Notes: generated from the letters alone by a model not told the origin. Counted from the first letter of the stretch, positions 36,490-46,554 are shown. The stretch: DNA of 64,000 nt from Candidatus Hydrogenedentota bacterium (GCA_045863295.1 BTWA01000007.1:8459-72458), one strand, 5' to 3'. Made by a program: numbers and translations.

Positions 36490-37996
36490 GGCGTTCGATG
36501 AGATCCACGGTTATCTTGGATGATAGCACGACGTTGGGAGTGCCACCGCCCGGGTGCCCGCTGCCTCCAACTCGGTAGAGGCCGGCATAGCCGCGCACCC
36601 TGGCGGCAGGGCGGAGAAACGCGTTTCGTATACCATGCGATGCCGCACCGTAAATGGCCCCACCCGGCATCAGATAGGATTCGTGCAGGTGAGCCGGGGT
36701 CAAAATCTTTTCGACGTGGATGTCGCACTCTGCAATGGTCAATCCACTTGCGGCAAGGCGGGCTAGTACCCGGCGGCGCGCCTCTTCGCGCATGGCAAAC
36801 GTCCAAACCGAAGGATCCGATGCCGGCGCATTGGCCATGATGAAAAGGGACTCGCCGTTTGGCGGCGCCGCGCTGGCGTCCGTCTTGCTCGCGACGCAGA
36901 CATACACAGTCGGGTCTTTGGGAAAGACGCGCAGTTCGAACAACTGGGAGAATTCCTTCTGATAGTCTCGGGTAAAGAAGACATTATGATGAAGCAAGTC
37001 CGGCAATTTGCGTTTGATGCCCAACATCATCACGAAACCGGAGAGGGAGAGATGCCGTGGCGTTCCCTGGCCTTCCGAATCACCCAGCAGACCCGGGAGG
37101 CAAGAAGCATCGCCGTTCATTACGACAACCTCCGCGGGCAAGTGAGTGGGGCCGTCGAGTGTAACGCCGGTGACTTTGCCTGCCTCGGTGTCAATGCATT
37201 GAACTGTCGCGTTGGTCTTGATTTCGACCCCAAGTCTCTCTCCAATTGTCACGAGGCTCTGGATCAAGGTGTAGAGCCCGCCCCGTATATGCCAACCGCC
37301 GAACGCATGTTCGATGTAAGGGATAACCGCGAACATGGCGGGGCACTGGTACGGAGACGAGCCGACGTATGTCGGATAACGGTTCATCACCATGCGCAGA
37401 TGTGGACTCCGGAAGTACATATTCACGAGGTGGGTGTATCGCAGGCTGAAGTGCCGCCAAGGCGTATTCAGGAAAGTGCCAATGTTCGCCCAAGGCGGAA
37501 CATGGCCCACCGGATGCTCCAGAAAAGTCTTCTTCGACAGTTCGTACAAGCGTTTTCCCAGCGCCACGAAATTCGGCCATTGGGCCGCGTCGCCCGGATT
37601 CAACGCGTGCAGCGTTTCCAACAAGCGGGACGTGTCTGTATGCCAGTCGAATCGGACTCCGTCCGCAAACACATACCGCGCGAGGGGGGTCAACGGAAGC
37701 AAGTCGAGGTGTTCATCCAATCGCTCTCCGATGTCTTCATACAATTCTCTGAAGACCCAAGGCATGGTGATGAGCGATGGGCCGGTATCAAATTGGAATC
37801 CGCCTTCTGTCCACCGGTTCATCTTCCCGCCCGGCGATTCGCTGCGTTCGCACACGGTAACGCGCCAACCACGCCGGGCCAGACGAACCGCTGTGCACAA
37901 ACCTCCAAGCCCCGCTCCGACTACAATTGCGCGCCGGACGTTGCGGCCGGCTTGGACTGCCGCGGCTCGCGCGGCCGGTACATGCGACCTTTCCAT
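36458..37996 (-). CDS. Phytoene-desaturase-family enzyme (CrtD/CrtNb-like carotenoid desaturase or oxidase)
   Basis: GAGLGG, FDTGPSLITMP, YVGSSPY, GGAIYG and VGGSGHPGGGTP motifs; AAGGAG SD before ATG 37996. Confidence 0.85.
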   Translation of the reverse strand: MERSHVPAARAAAVQAGRNVRRAIVVGAGLGGLCTAVRLARRGWRVTVCERSESPGGKMNRWTEGGFQFDTGPSLITMPWVFRELYEDIGERLDEHLDLLPLTPLARYVFADGVRFDWHTDTSRLLETLHALNPGDAAQWPNFVALGKRLYELSKKTFLEHPVGHVPPWANIGTFLNTPWRHFSLRYTHLVNMYFRSPHLRMVMNRYPTYVGSSPYQCPAMFAVIPYIEHAFGGWHIRGGLYTLIQSLVTIGERLGVEIKTNATVQCIDTEAGKVTGVTLDGPTHLPAEVVVMNGDASCLPGLLGDSEGQGTPRHLSLSGFVMMLGIKRKLPDLLHHNVFFTRDYQKEFSQLFELRVFPKDPTVYVCVASKTDASAAPPNGESLFIMANAPASDPSVWTFAMREEARRRVLARLAASGLTIAECDIHVEKILTPAHLHESYLMPGGAIYGAASHGIRNAFLRPAARVRGYAGLYRVGGSGHPGGGTPNVVLSSKITVDLIERHEHSTFHEVA

Positions 37997-39084
37997 GAAA
38001 CTCCTTCTCCGTGCAAATAGCGATGCCTTGATGAAAAACACAAGGCTACAAACAGACATTCAACCACCGGATGCAGTACGACCGTGATCCACCCTTGGCA
38101 AAACCGGACAGCCAGCGCCGATCGCGCGGCGAGTGTGACCAAAGCCGCCGTCCAAATCGGCCACTCTAGTCGATCGGTGAAGAGATCGATCGGAATGTAG
38201 ATAAATGGACCCAGGAATACGGCTGCGTGCAGCAATGTGAAGATCCAGAATGAACTATCTCGCCTGAATGCCGGGTACACTACTTTCTGGAAACCACTCC
38301 AAATAGATGCGAATGAGTTATACATACGGACGTGAACAACATCTTGTCCGTCCAGACACACGCCAAATTCACCGTGTTCGCGCCATCTACGGGCAAGCAC
38401 CGTATCTTCAAAAACTTCACTGCGGACCATGGCGTGTCCACCAATGCGGTGGTAAGTTTCACGGTGGGCCAGAATGCACGCACCGTGCGCAATTCCCAGC
38501 GAAGGTTCCTTTCGTTTCAGTGACAGGGGCGCGGGAAAGACGGAGAACACGCAGAAGTTGAGAAAGGGCATCAGAGCCCATTCCCAAGCACTGCCCATTT
38601 TCAGTCGCGGCCATGCGGAAACCATGGATGCATTTCGCGCACACGCTTCCGACACGAGCGCATCCACGGCGCCGGGCTGAAGCCGCGCGTCGGCGTCAAT
38701 GAACAACAGCCAGTCGCCTTTCGCGGCGGCTGCAAGTTGATGACAGGCGAACGGTTTTCCGCACCAATCCGAAGGCAAATCCGCAGTTGCGATTAGCCGG
38801 ATGCGCGTGTCAAATTCGCCCGCTTCTCGGACGAGCTTAGCCGTATCGTCGTTGGAGTGATCGTCGTAGACGAGAACTTCCAACACGCCTTGTCCCAAAT
38901 ACCGCGTGTGCTCGAGACAGGACCCTATGTTGGCGGATTCGTTTCTGGCAGGTATGAGTATGGACACGGATTGAAATGTGGCGTGCGCGCCCAAAGGGAT
39001 GCGCGCCCACGCAAATACATTCCATAGGCACACCGCGGAAAATCCGGTTACCACCGCCAATAGAATTGCCTCGACCCATATCAT
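37921..39084 (-). CDS. GT2 glycosyltransferase (carotenoid glycosyltransferase CrtQ/CruC-like)
   Basis: SILIPARNE, DDHSND, WCGKPFAC, FIDAD, EVFED, RMY and WKGR motifs. Confidence 0.85.
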   Translation of the reverse strand: MIWVEAILLAVVTGFSAVCLWNVFAWARIPLGAHATFQSVSILIPARNESANIGSCLEHTRYLGQGVLEVLVYDDHSNDDTAKLVREAGEFDTRIRLIATADLPSDWCGKPFACHQLAAAAKGDWLLFIDADARLQPGAVDALVSEACARNASMVSAWPRLKMGSAWEWALMPFLNFCVFSVFPAPLSLKRKEPSLGIAHGACILAHRETYHRIGGHAMVRSEVFEDTVLARRWREHGEFGVCLDGQDVVHVRMYNSFASIWSGFQKVVYPAFRRDSSFWIFTLLHAAVFLGPFIYIPIDLFTDRLEWPIWTAALVTLAARSALAVRFCQGWITVVLHPVVECLFVALCFSSRHRYLHGEGVSWKGRMYRPREPRQSKPAATSGAQL

Positions 39085-39896
39085 ATGCCGTCTTTCGCCC
39101 GCTGGAATCGACTATGAAAGAGTATGTCTGCAAGTAACTCGGGGGATTCCTTGATGGGTGCGTGTCCCGTTTCCGAGAGTTCGACGAATGTGGCGCGGGG
39201 AAACGCTCCGGCATACATGGGGAGTGAGTTCTTGACCGCTCCGAGCGTCGATTTGGAGTGAACGATGGTAATGGGGCAATGCACCCCGGCGAATCTGGAC
39301 AGGTTTTTCATACTCGCCATGACCTTCAGTTGGGCGATCGCGTCGGACGCAGGGAGGGCATCAAATCCCTTGGTCAAATCCGTGTCCTTTTGTCGTGCAC
39401 GCCGAAGCGATCCATTTACCAGGAAACGTCCGAACTGGGTCTTGAATGCGGACCAATACGCGATACGCCCGGGCAATCCCCAGGTGAAGATCGCGAAGCA
39501 GAGCGGCAAATACGCGAATGGGTCAATTAACACCAGATCCTTGATTGTGCTAGGCCGAAGGCGAGCCAATTCCAACGCGTAGAGTGCGCCGCCGCAGTAA
39601 CCAATCGCTGTGAGTGTTTTCGATTGCGATGCGTCTACCGCGGTTAACACGGGCATCATCATGTCGACCACCGTCCATGTCTTGGGCCGTGGGGCCTCGC
39701 CATGACCAGGCAAATCGGGAGCGAGCAATTGAACGTCGTCTGGTACATGGGGAAGCAATGGCGAAAATGTGCGATGGCTGCCGGCCCATCCATGCAAGGC
39801 AATGTACACTCGGCGGCAATCTTTCGCCGCATGTAACCGGATCTGATTGCGCCCGGTAGGCACAAGACCAGGGGTATTCGGGACGGACGCACTCAC
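39081..39896 (-). CDS. Alpha/beta-hydrolase fold protein with a Cys nucleophile (GYCGG)
   Basis: LHGW, DLPGHG, IGYCGG and TGHAP motifs; translationally coupled within the crt cluster. Confidence 0.8.
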   Translation of the reverse strand: MSASVPNTPGLVPTGRNQIRLHAAKDCRRVYIALHGWAGSHRTFSPLLPHVPDDVQLLAPDLPGHGEAPRPKTWTVVDMMMPVLTAVDASQSKTLTAIGYCGGALYALELARLRPSTIKDLVLIDPFAYLPLCFAIFTWGLPGRIAYWSAFKTQFGRFLVNGSLRRARQKDTDLTKGFDALPASDAIAQLKVMASMKNLSRFAGVHCPITIVHSKSTLGAVKNSLPMYAGAFPRATFVELSETGHAPIKESPELLADILFHSRFQRAKDGI

Positions 39897-41533
39897 CTTT
39901 TCATTTCCGAAGGTGTTCCCCGCTTCCTTCCGTTTCTCTTCTTCGGCGAAGGCCTGAATAGACCCGCCCAGTCAAACGACAGGTCACGTAAGACGGCCGA
40001 CGCCGTGTTTCGGCCCGCGGCGCCCATAATGCCGCCACCCGGATGGGTGCTGGCGCCGGTCAGGTAGAGGCCACGAACCGGGCCACGGTACCGGCTGAGG
40101 TCAATGGTGGGCCGGAGGGCAAACATCTGATCAATGGACATTTCCAGATGCATTACGTTGCCCCGAAGCAACCCAAGGGTTCGCTCCAGATAAAGCGGTG
40201 TTTCGATCAGGCGATCCACGACCGCACCGCGCACGTTGGGGGCATATTCGGCAAGTTTATCCAACATCCGATCCGCTTCCCGGTTGGCTATGTCGTCCCA
40301 GTTTTCGCGGCTGGCCAGTTCGTAAGGATAATACTGGCCCCACAGGAAGAGCACGTGTTTTCCCGGTGGGGCCAGTGTGGGATCCGCGGCGGAAAAGGTC
40401 ATGGCGATCAATGCCGGATCGCGAGATACTTCTCCGCGCAGGTAATCCGCATAGGCGCGATCCAGATAGTCCATGTCTGGGCAAAGAAACTGCAGGGCCT
40501 GATGATGGGGCGCGCCGGCAACCGTATCGGCGCACGGCGCGGCGGTGTAGTTCGGCAACTCGTGCATGGCATGCCGTACGATCATCCCGAAGCCGTTTCC
40601 AATGCGGCTGTTTGCCATACGATCACGCACCCCTTGCCGGAATGTCGCATGCTCCAGGAGTCTCAAAGTCGTATGCAGATGTGCGCCACTGACCACCTTT
40701 CGTCCCGTATACTTGTCTCCGTTTTCGGTCTCCGCGCCGACGACCCGGTTGTTTTCCACAAGAAAGCGCTTGACTGGAGCGTTTGTGACAATGGTCCCGC
40801 CGTTGTCCTCGATCATGCGTGCGAGGGCCTGTGTCAACATTCCGGATCCGCCCTTCGGACGCCTGATGCCGCTAACGTGATACATGGGATGCCACAACGC
40901 AAAAGGAGCAGACAAAGGTTCCATGGGCGGCGGACCGGACTGGGCTGCCATCCATCCAATCATGGCCTGCACGCGCTTATCCTGAAACGTCTGCTTCAAA
41001 AACTGCCCGTAGCCGCCACATATTTTGGGGAGGAGATCCCGGATGTTCCGGTTCGTGCGAAACATGTTCAGACCTAGGAATCGAGCGAGGTTTGGAAGCG
41101 TAGGCGGGTGGAGAAATGCTTCGACCATCTGTGCCGCGATAGGTTGCCACGTCTTAATGAAACTGCGATAGGCCTCTGCATCGTGCTGGGAGACTGCGGC
41201 GATGCTTTCGCAAGTGCGATCCAGGTCGCGCCACATGGTAATGGACGAGCCATCAGGAAATGGCGCGAAGAACAGCGGATCAAGGTCAATGTACTCTAAT
41301 CCGTATTTCTCCAGTTCGAGGTCTTTTACAATGGGAGTATGGTTGATTAGGATGTGAGCGCTTCCCCCTAGATCGAACTTGAAGCCCGGTACAATCTCCT
41401 CTGTGACGACAGCACCTCCCACGACGCCCCGCCGCTCCAGGACTTGTGTCTTCATTCCCGCTTGCGCAAGATATCCCGCACACACGAGGGCATTGTGACC
41501 CGCACCTACAACCAGTACATCGCAATCAGGCAC
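39893..41533 (-). CDS. FAD-dependent oxidoreductase, CrtO-type carotenoid ketolase-like
   Basis: [36 protein letters not shown] and [12 protein letters not shown] motifs; crt context. Confidence 0.75.
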   Translation of the reverse strand: MPDCDVLVVGAGHNALVCAGYLAQAGMKTQVLERRGVVGGAVVTEEIVPGFKFDLGGSAHILINHTPIVKDLELEKYGLEYIDLDPLFFAPFPDGSSITMWRDLDRTCESIAAVSQHDAEAYRSFIKTWQPIAAQMVEAFLHPPTLPNLARFLGLNMFRTNRNIRDLLPKICGGYGQFLKQTFQDKRVQAMIGWMAAQSGPPPMEPLSAPFALWHPMYHVSGIRRPKGGSGMLTQALARMIEDNGGTIVTNAPVKRFLVENNRVVGAETENGDKYTGRKVVSGAHLHTTLRLLEHATFRQGVRDRMANSRIGNGFGMIVRHAMHELPNYTAAPCADTVAGAPHHQALQFLCPDMDYLDRAYADYLRGEVSRDPALIAMTFSAADPTLAPPGKHVLFLWGQYYPYELASRENWDDIANREADRMLDKLAEYAPNVRGAVVDRLIETPLYLERTLGLLRGNVMHLEMSIDQMFALRPTIDLSRYRGPVRGLYLTGASTHPGGGIMGAAGRNTASAVLRDLSFDWAGLFRPSPKKRNGRKRGTPSEMKR

Positions 41534-41602
41534 GGCGGTTCACTCCCCGTGTGAAGCGGTAGACCTTGGCTAAATCGCACAATCTCCCTTTCTTGTTGCG
41601 TT

Positions 41603-42598
41603 TCATAGAATCGACTCCAGCGGCATTCCGGCCAAGCTGCCGGCGACACACGCGCGAACGGGAAGGATGTCCAAGGGAAATGAAAATACCCTTGTGATGG
41701 TGGCAGGTCTGAAGCGATGGACGGTTCTAATCGGGAATTCGAGCACGGACATGGAGACCGCCTTGGTCGCCAACGCCAATTTGCCAGCCTTGGATACGTG
41801 GGCACGCCCACTTTGGATGTCCCACCGACTGCGAGCGATCTGCGTGCCTATGGACGAGTAAACCATGCGGGCTGTGCGAACACCAAGCGCGGATCGCCAG
41901 GAGAGATACCGAAGACCCTCGTCGGCGGATGCATAGTATTTATCCGCTTCCTCCAGTAAGTCCCGCACACAGCGGCCAAGGGCCAACGCATGGCCGTCAG
42001 TCATGGGTCTTCCAGCGCCGCGGGAAATGCCTCCAGCGCCGTGCCTTTCCAGCAGCGTCTCGGGAACGTACAGGCGCCCGCGATTCCAATCCTCCAGAAT
42101 ATCTCTGCAGATGTTTGTGATTTGCATGGCAATTCCGAGGTGGGCGGCGCGTGGCAAGGCGTGCGGATGCGTGACGCCCAGCACATGACACATCATGAGT
42201 CCGACCGTTCCGGCCACCCGAAAGCTGTACAGCAACAGATCATCCATCGTGCGGTATTGCCACCCATCTGCGTCCATCTCCATGCCAGCCAACAGTTCGT
42301 TTGGATAGTCAAAAGGTACGTTGTACTTTCTCACGACCGATTGGAACTCGGCCAGGATGGGGTCGGTGAACTGTTCACCGGCATAGATGGCTCGGAGTTC
42401 AGCTTTCAGATCGTTGACCACGCGCCAATGATCCTTTTGGGGGGCAAGATCGATGGCATCGTCGGCCCTCCTGCACCACGCGTATACGACGGCCACTTCG
42501 TCACGATGGTTTTTGTGCAGGAGAGCCGACGCCAAGGAGAAACTCTTGCTATGGTGGGCAATGATCGCTCTGCTCTCTAGGATGGCCGGTTTGATCAT
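41603..42598 (-). CDS. crtB: Phytoene synthase
   Basis: HSKSFSLAS, YAWCRRADD, GMEMD, VAGTVG, LGIAMQITNICRD and GRLYVP motifs; ATGA overlap with the crtI remnant. Confidence 0.93.
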   Translation of the reverse strand: MIKPAILESRAIIAHHSKSFSLASALLHKNHRDEVAVVYAWCRRADDAIDLAPQKDHWRVVNDLKAELRAIYAGEQFTDPILAEFQSVVRKYNVPFDYPNELLAGMEMDADGWQYRTMDDLLLYSFRVAGTVGLMMCHVLGVTHPHALPRAAHLGIAMQITNICRDILEDWNRGRLYVPETLLERHGAGGISRGAGRPMTDGHALALGRCVRDLLEEADKYYASADEGLRYLSWRSALGVRTARMVYSSIGTQIARSRWDIQSGRAHVSKAGKLALATKAVSMSVLEFPIRTVHRFRPATITRVFSFPLDILPVRACVAGSLAGMPLESIL

Positions 42599-42879
42599 GC
42601 GAATTGTCCTGCCGCGATATCCGAGGCTATAACGCTCATGGTCGCCTTGGCGGAGTTGATCACGCCTGGCAGCCCCGCGCCTGGATGTGTGCCCGCGCCG
42701 ACGATATAGAGGCCCGGAATCTTTGGATCTTTGTTGTGCGGCCGGAACCACGCGCTCTGGCGCAGCGTGGGGGCGACAGAGAATGCGGAACCTTGGTAGG
42801 CGTTCAGGGTTGATTGGAAATCTTTCGGGGTAAACCAACGCTTTACAACGACGTGTTTACGCAGGCCGGGCATGTGTTT
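42595..42879 (-). pseudogene. crtI: 3' fragment of phytoene desaturase (about 92 C-terminal aa; 5' part absent)
   Basis: MPGLR..FTPKDF..GSAFSVAPTLRQSAWFRPHN..YIVGAGTHPGAGLPGV is the CrtI C-terminus; the upstream in-frame sequence is unrelated and meets a stop near 43018. Confidence 0.85.
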
Positions 42880-42911
42880 GACACAATCGGGATTTGCCTC
42901 GACACAAACCG

Positions 42912-42946
42912 GGGGCGGGTCCCGCCCCGTGGGCGGGACCGGCCCC
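42912..42946. repeat. GC-rich inverted repeat next to the crtI breakpoint
   Basis: GGTCCCGCCC-CGT-GGGCGGGACC extended by GGGGC/GCCCC. Confidence 0.7.
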
Positions 42947-43019
42947 GCGTATTTCGTTTGGAAGGATCGGCCCCTGCTGCTATCGTACTTCCATCGTTCG
43001 AAGAAATGGAGTATCTGTC

Positions 43020-43928
43020 ATGCAATGGGTTCCCCGAATTGGCTGTATTTCCGCCGTGATGGCGGGCTCTCTCCTCGCGTCCTGGTTTGCCGGGGCCAGC
43101 GCGGATGAGTTGCAGCGTCCCGATCCAGGAAAGAGAGTCAAGGTGTTTATATTCGCCGGCCAATCCAATATGGAAGGCCGGGCCGATGGAGAAAGGCTGA
43201 GCCCTGGCGACCGGGCCCGCATCGAGCGTGCGCAGCGGCAGGTGCAACTTGCTTACAACTACGAGCCCGTTGAGCCCCTTGATGTGGTCGCGCCTTCGGA
43301 TCGGATCAAGGAAACGTACAAAATTGATCGCATGTTCGGCCCCGAGTTGTTTTTTGGCGTGGCCCTGTCGGAGGCATGGCCCGAGGAGAAATTCCTGTTC
43401 ATCAAACGTACCGAGGGGGGCACATCGTTACACGGGTGCTGGAATCCGGATTGGGATGAGAAGAAAGCAGCCGTCATGGGCGAGGAAAAGGAACCCAGGC
43501 TGTACGGCGAAATGGCGTCGTATGTAAAGGATGTGTTGTCGGGCTATGCGCGGGACGAGTACGAGATCTGTGCGTTCTTGTGGGTGCAAGGCGAGGCCGA
43601 CGATGGCACGGAAGAATCCGAAGCAGCATACGGCGCCAATCTGCGCAGGCTTGTCGAACAAGTGAGGAAAGACACAGGAAAAGCCGAATTGCCATTTCTA
43701 TTTTTTGATGTGGGCAAGGGAAAAGTGGAGGAGGGCATGAAATCAGTCGCGGATACCGTGCCTGGCGTATTCATGATGCCGCAGAGCCCCGATCCGGATT
43801 CGCCTGATTTCTACACGAAGATTCCGAACGGCCACTACGATCACGAAGGTCTCAAAAAGCTCGGCGAACGGTTTGCGACGCTGTACTTGAATACAGTCGA
43901 GGTCAGGGCGGCAAATTCCGGTAAATGA
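43020..43928 (+). CDS. Sialate O-acetylesterase (SASA/SGNH) domain protein, secreted
   Basis: FIFAGQSNM, FGPEL, GGTSL, WVQGEAD and GHY motifs; GGAG SD. Confidence 0.85.
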   Translation: MQWVPRIGCISAVMAGSLLASWFAGASADELQRPDPGKRVKVFIFAGQSNMEGRADGERLSPGDRARIERAQRQVQLAYNYEPVEPLDVVAPSDRIKETYKIDRMFGPELFFGVALSEAWPEEKFLFIKRTEGGTSLHGCWNPDWDEKKAAVMGEEKEPRLYGEMASYVKDVLSGYARDEYEICAFLWVQGEADDGTEESEAAYGANLRRLVEQVRKDTGKAELPFLFFDVGKGKVEEGMKSVADTVPGVFMMPQSPDPDSPDFYTKIPNGHYDHEGLKKLGERFATLYLNTVEVRAANSGK

Positions 43929-43978
43929 TGCACTTTATCTGAATTGCTTTTGTGTCCGCGCTCCCCTACGATCCCTGC

Positions 43979-45295
43979 ATGAGTGAAAACCTGTTTGAAC
44001 ACGCCGCAGCCGCGCAACTGCGCAAGGAAGCACCGTTGGCGCGGCGAATCGCGCCACGCACGCTGGACGAGCACATCGGCCAGGAACACATTCTGGGTCC
44101 GGGCAAGATCCTGCGCAGGGCTATCGAGGCGGATCGCATTACTTCACTTGTTCTCTACGGTCCCCCGGGATGCGGCAAGACCGCGCTTGCCCGGCTGATT
44201 GCCATGCGCACAAAGTCGTCGTTCGAGCACCTCAATGCCGTGACTTCCGGCGTGAAGGACGTCCGTGAACTCATCGCCATGGCCAAGCAGCGGCGTATTC
44301 AGGACGCACGCAAGACCATCGTATTCATCGACGAAATTCACCGGTTTAATCGCACTCAGCAAGACGCGCTATTGCCGGATGTGGAAAACGGGACCATCAC
44401 GTTAATCGGGGCGACGACCGAGAATCCGTTTTTTTCAATCGTCGCGCCGCTGCTGTCGCGTTCTCAGGTGTTTGAACTCCATCCATTGACCGAGGAACAT
44501 CTGCTGACGCTACTGCGCCGCGCATTGGTCCATCCCGAGAACGGCTGGAAGGAACTGGCCATTGAGACGGACGAGGATGCGTTGCGTCACATGGTTACCT
44601 ACGCCGAAGGAGATGCCCGGCGCGCGCTGAACGCGTTGGAGATTGCCGTGCTTACCACGCCTGCCGGCGATACTGGCGTTATTCATATCACGATCGATGT
44701 TGCGCAGGAATCGATTCAGCGGAAGATGCTGCATTACGATGGAACCGGCGACGAACATTACGACGCGGTGTCCGCGTTTATCAAGTCGATGCGCGGCACC
44801 GATCCCGACTCCGCGTTGTACTGGATGGCGCGGATGCTTGAAGCGGGGGAGGACCCGCGTTTCATTGCGCGGCGCATTTGCATCGCGGCGGCGGAAGACG
44901 TGGGCAACGCGGATCCGATGGCCCTTGTGGTGGCGACCAATGCGTGGCAGGCCTGCGAATTCATTGGCATGCCCGAGGCGCAGATTATCCTGGCGCAAGC
45001 GGCTACCTATGTGGCCTGCGCCGCGAAATCGAATGCCGCCTACATGGGCATCAACCTCGCCCGGCAGGACGTGCGCGAAAAGACAACCATCCCGGTGCCC
45101 AAACACTTGCAAGACGCCCACTACAAAGGCGCGGCGCGCCTCGGCCGGGGCGAGGGATATCAGTATCCGCATGACGCGCCGGAAGGGTATGTGGAACAGA
45201 ATTATGGCGTGCCAAGGGGAAGCTTTTATCATCCCGTCGATCGCGGAAAGGAAATGGAGTTTAAAGAGCGGTTGGAAGGGTTGAGCGAGGACTAA
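43979..45295 (+). CDS. rarA: Replication-associated recombination protein A
   Basis: PLARRIAP, GPPGCGKT, FIDEIHRFN, GATTENPFF, SAFIKSMRGTDPD and EDVGNADP motifs. Confidence 0.97.
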   Translation: MSENLFEHAAAAQLRKEAPLARRIAPRTLDEHIGQEHILGPGKILRRAIEADRITSLVLYGPPGCGKTALARLIAMRTKSSFEHLNAVTSGVKDVRELIAMAKQRRIQDARKTIVFIDEIHRFNRTQQDALLPDVENGTITLIGATTENPFFSIVAPLLSRSQVFELHPLTEEHLLTLLRRALVHPENGWKELAIETDEDALRHMVTYAEGDARRALNALEIAVLTTPAGDTGVIHITIDVAQESIQRKMLHYDGTGDEHYDAVSAFIKSMRGTDPDSALYWMARMLEAGEDPRFIARRICIAAAEDVGNADPMALVVATNAWQACEFIGMPEAQIILAQAATYVACAAKSNAAYMGINLARQDVREKTTIPVPKHLQDAHYKGAARLGRGEGYQYPHDAPEGYVEQNYGVPRGSFYHPVDRGKEMEFKERLEGLSED

Positions 45296-45317
45296 TTCTT
45301 CCAGGCACAATGACCAT

Positions 45318-45346
45318 TTGACGTATAACGTTATGCGTTATAAACT
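45318..45346 (+). promoter_or_regulatory. higBA promoter with palindromic operator
   Basis: TTGACG-N17-TAAACT; TATAACG-TTATG-CGTTATA palindrome at 45324-45342. Confidence 0.75.
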
Positions 45347-45354
45347 GAGTGGCA

Positions 45355-45636
45355 ATGATTCAATCATTTGCGTGCAAAGAGACAGCCAAGATCTTTCGGC
45401 GCGAGTATTCGGGTCGCTTTCCAGCAGCGATTCAACAAGCCGTGCTGCGGAAGTTGCGCATGCTCCATCGCGCGACCTCATTGGACGACCTTCGCGTTCC
45501 CCCGGGCAATCGGCTTGAGAAACTGAGTGGCGACTGGCAGGGCTTCTTTAGCATACGCGTCAATGTCCAGTGGAGGCTTTGTTTCGAGTGGCGAAGTGGA
45601 GATGCGTTCAATGTGTCGTTGGTCGATTACCACTAG
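45355..45636 (+). CDS. higB: HigB (RelE/ParE-family) toxin
   Basis: MIQSF..KET, DLRVPPGNRLEKL.G, SIRVN.QWRLCFEW and VDYH motifs. Confidence 0.95.
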   Translation: MIQSFACKETAKIFRREYSGRFPAAIQQAVLRKLRMLHRATSLDDLRVPPGNRLEKLSGDWQGFFSIRVNVQWRLCFEWRSGDAFNVSLVDYH

Positions 45637-45648
45637 GAGAATCCGACA

Positions 45649-45945
45649 ATGCCCACTAAGTTGAAGCCGGTGCATCCCGGTGAAGTGCTTTACTGTGAGT
45701 TTTTGGAGCCACTTGGCCTTAGCCAGAACAGGCTTGCGGGCGAGCTCGGCGTTCCTCCTCGACGCATCAACGAAATCGTGCTGGGGCAACGCCGCGTAAC
45801 GGCCGACACCGCGCTGCGTCTCGCCCGCTATTTCGGCAACTCCGCGCAGTTTTGGTTGGGTCTTCAAATGGACTACGACTTGGACGTGGCGGAAGACACT
45901 TCAGGCCGTCAAATCGCAAAGGAAGTACGGGTGCGGGCGCTTTGA
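45649..45945 (+). CDS. higA: HigA antitoxin
   Basis: PVHPGEVL..EFLEPLG, RRINEIV, TADTALRL and FWLGLQ..YDL motifs. Confidence 0.95.
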   Translation: MPTKLKPVHPGEVLYCEFLEPLGLSQNRLAGELGVPPRRINEIVLGQRRVTADTALRLARYFGNSAQFWLGLQMDYDLDVAEDTSGRQIAKEVRVRAL

Positions 45946-46170
45946 TGATGAATGAAGTCAGGTGGGGCGCTTTCGCCAAATGCGCTTGCCCACTAAGCAG
46001 CCACCTCGCCCACATCCAGGAACAGCAACGCCGTCGCCAGCTACTTATTTGGACTGTGGCGGCCGCGTCGCCGCTTTCGCGTCGCCATGTAGCTGCTTCC
46101 ACATCGGCCCAATCCAACTCGAACCGACTTCATAGGCGAAGGACACGTGGAAAGGAGCAACTCGGAAATC

Positions 46171-46425
46171 ATGATAAACAGCAAAGACCATCCCGTCGAA
46201 TGGGCTATGTTGCTCTACGAGTTGGACGACGCGCGGGACCACTTGGAGTCGCTCCTAAAGGAAATGGTGGCGTCCGGTTCGATTGAGGACGAGGGTTTTC
46301 ACATTCAACTGCGACATATTTACGAGCATCTCAACCGGGCTTGGCATAGCCGAAACTTCGTTGGAGAAATGCCCAATGAACGGTATGAGGAATTCTCCCG
46401 GCTTCCCAATGACCTTAAATTATGA
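46171..46425 (+). CDS. Small hypothetical protein
   Basis: 84-aa helical-looking ORF (HPVEWAMLLYEL..HIYEHLNRAWHSRN) with AAGGAG upstream. Confidence 0.6.
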   Translation: MINSKDHPVEWAMLLYELDDARDHLESLLKEMVASGSIEDEGFHIQLRHIYEHLNRAWHSRNFVGEMPNERYEEFSRLPNDLKL

Positions 46426-46478
46426 TGAGGCACCGGAAACAACGTCGATGAATCTGTGGATGAAGAAGAGTATAGAAC

Positions 46479-46554
46479 CACAGATGGACACGGATGCACA
46501 CAGATGTGAGAAGAATCAGCCCGAATTATCCGTGTCAATCCGAGTTCATCCGTG
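46479..46554. repeat. Inverted repeat built of 10-nt periodic CACRGAT units
   Basis: Left arm CACAGAT-GGA-CACGGAT-GCA-CACAGAT; right arm ATCCGTG-TCA-ATCCGAG-TTC-ATCCGTG. Confidence 0.75.

Noticed and set aside
42599..42838. 80-aa N-terminal extension of CrtB in the ORF track
   Set aside because: It is an off-frame reading of the crtI remnant; the real start is the ATGA overlap at 42598
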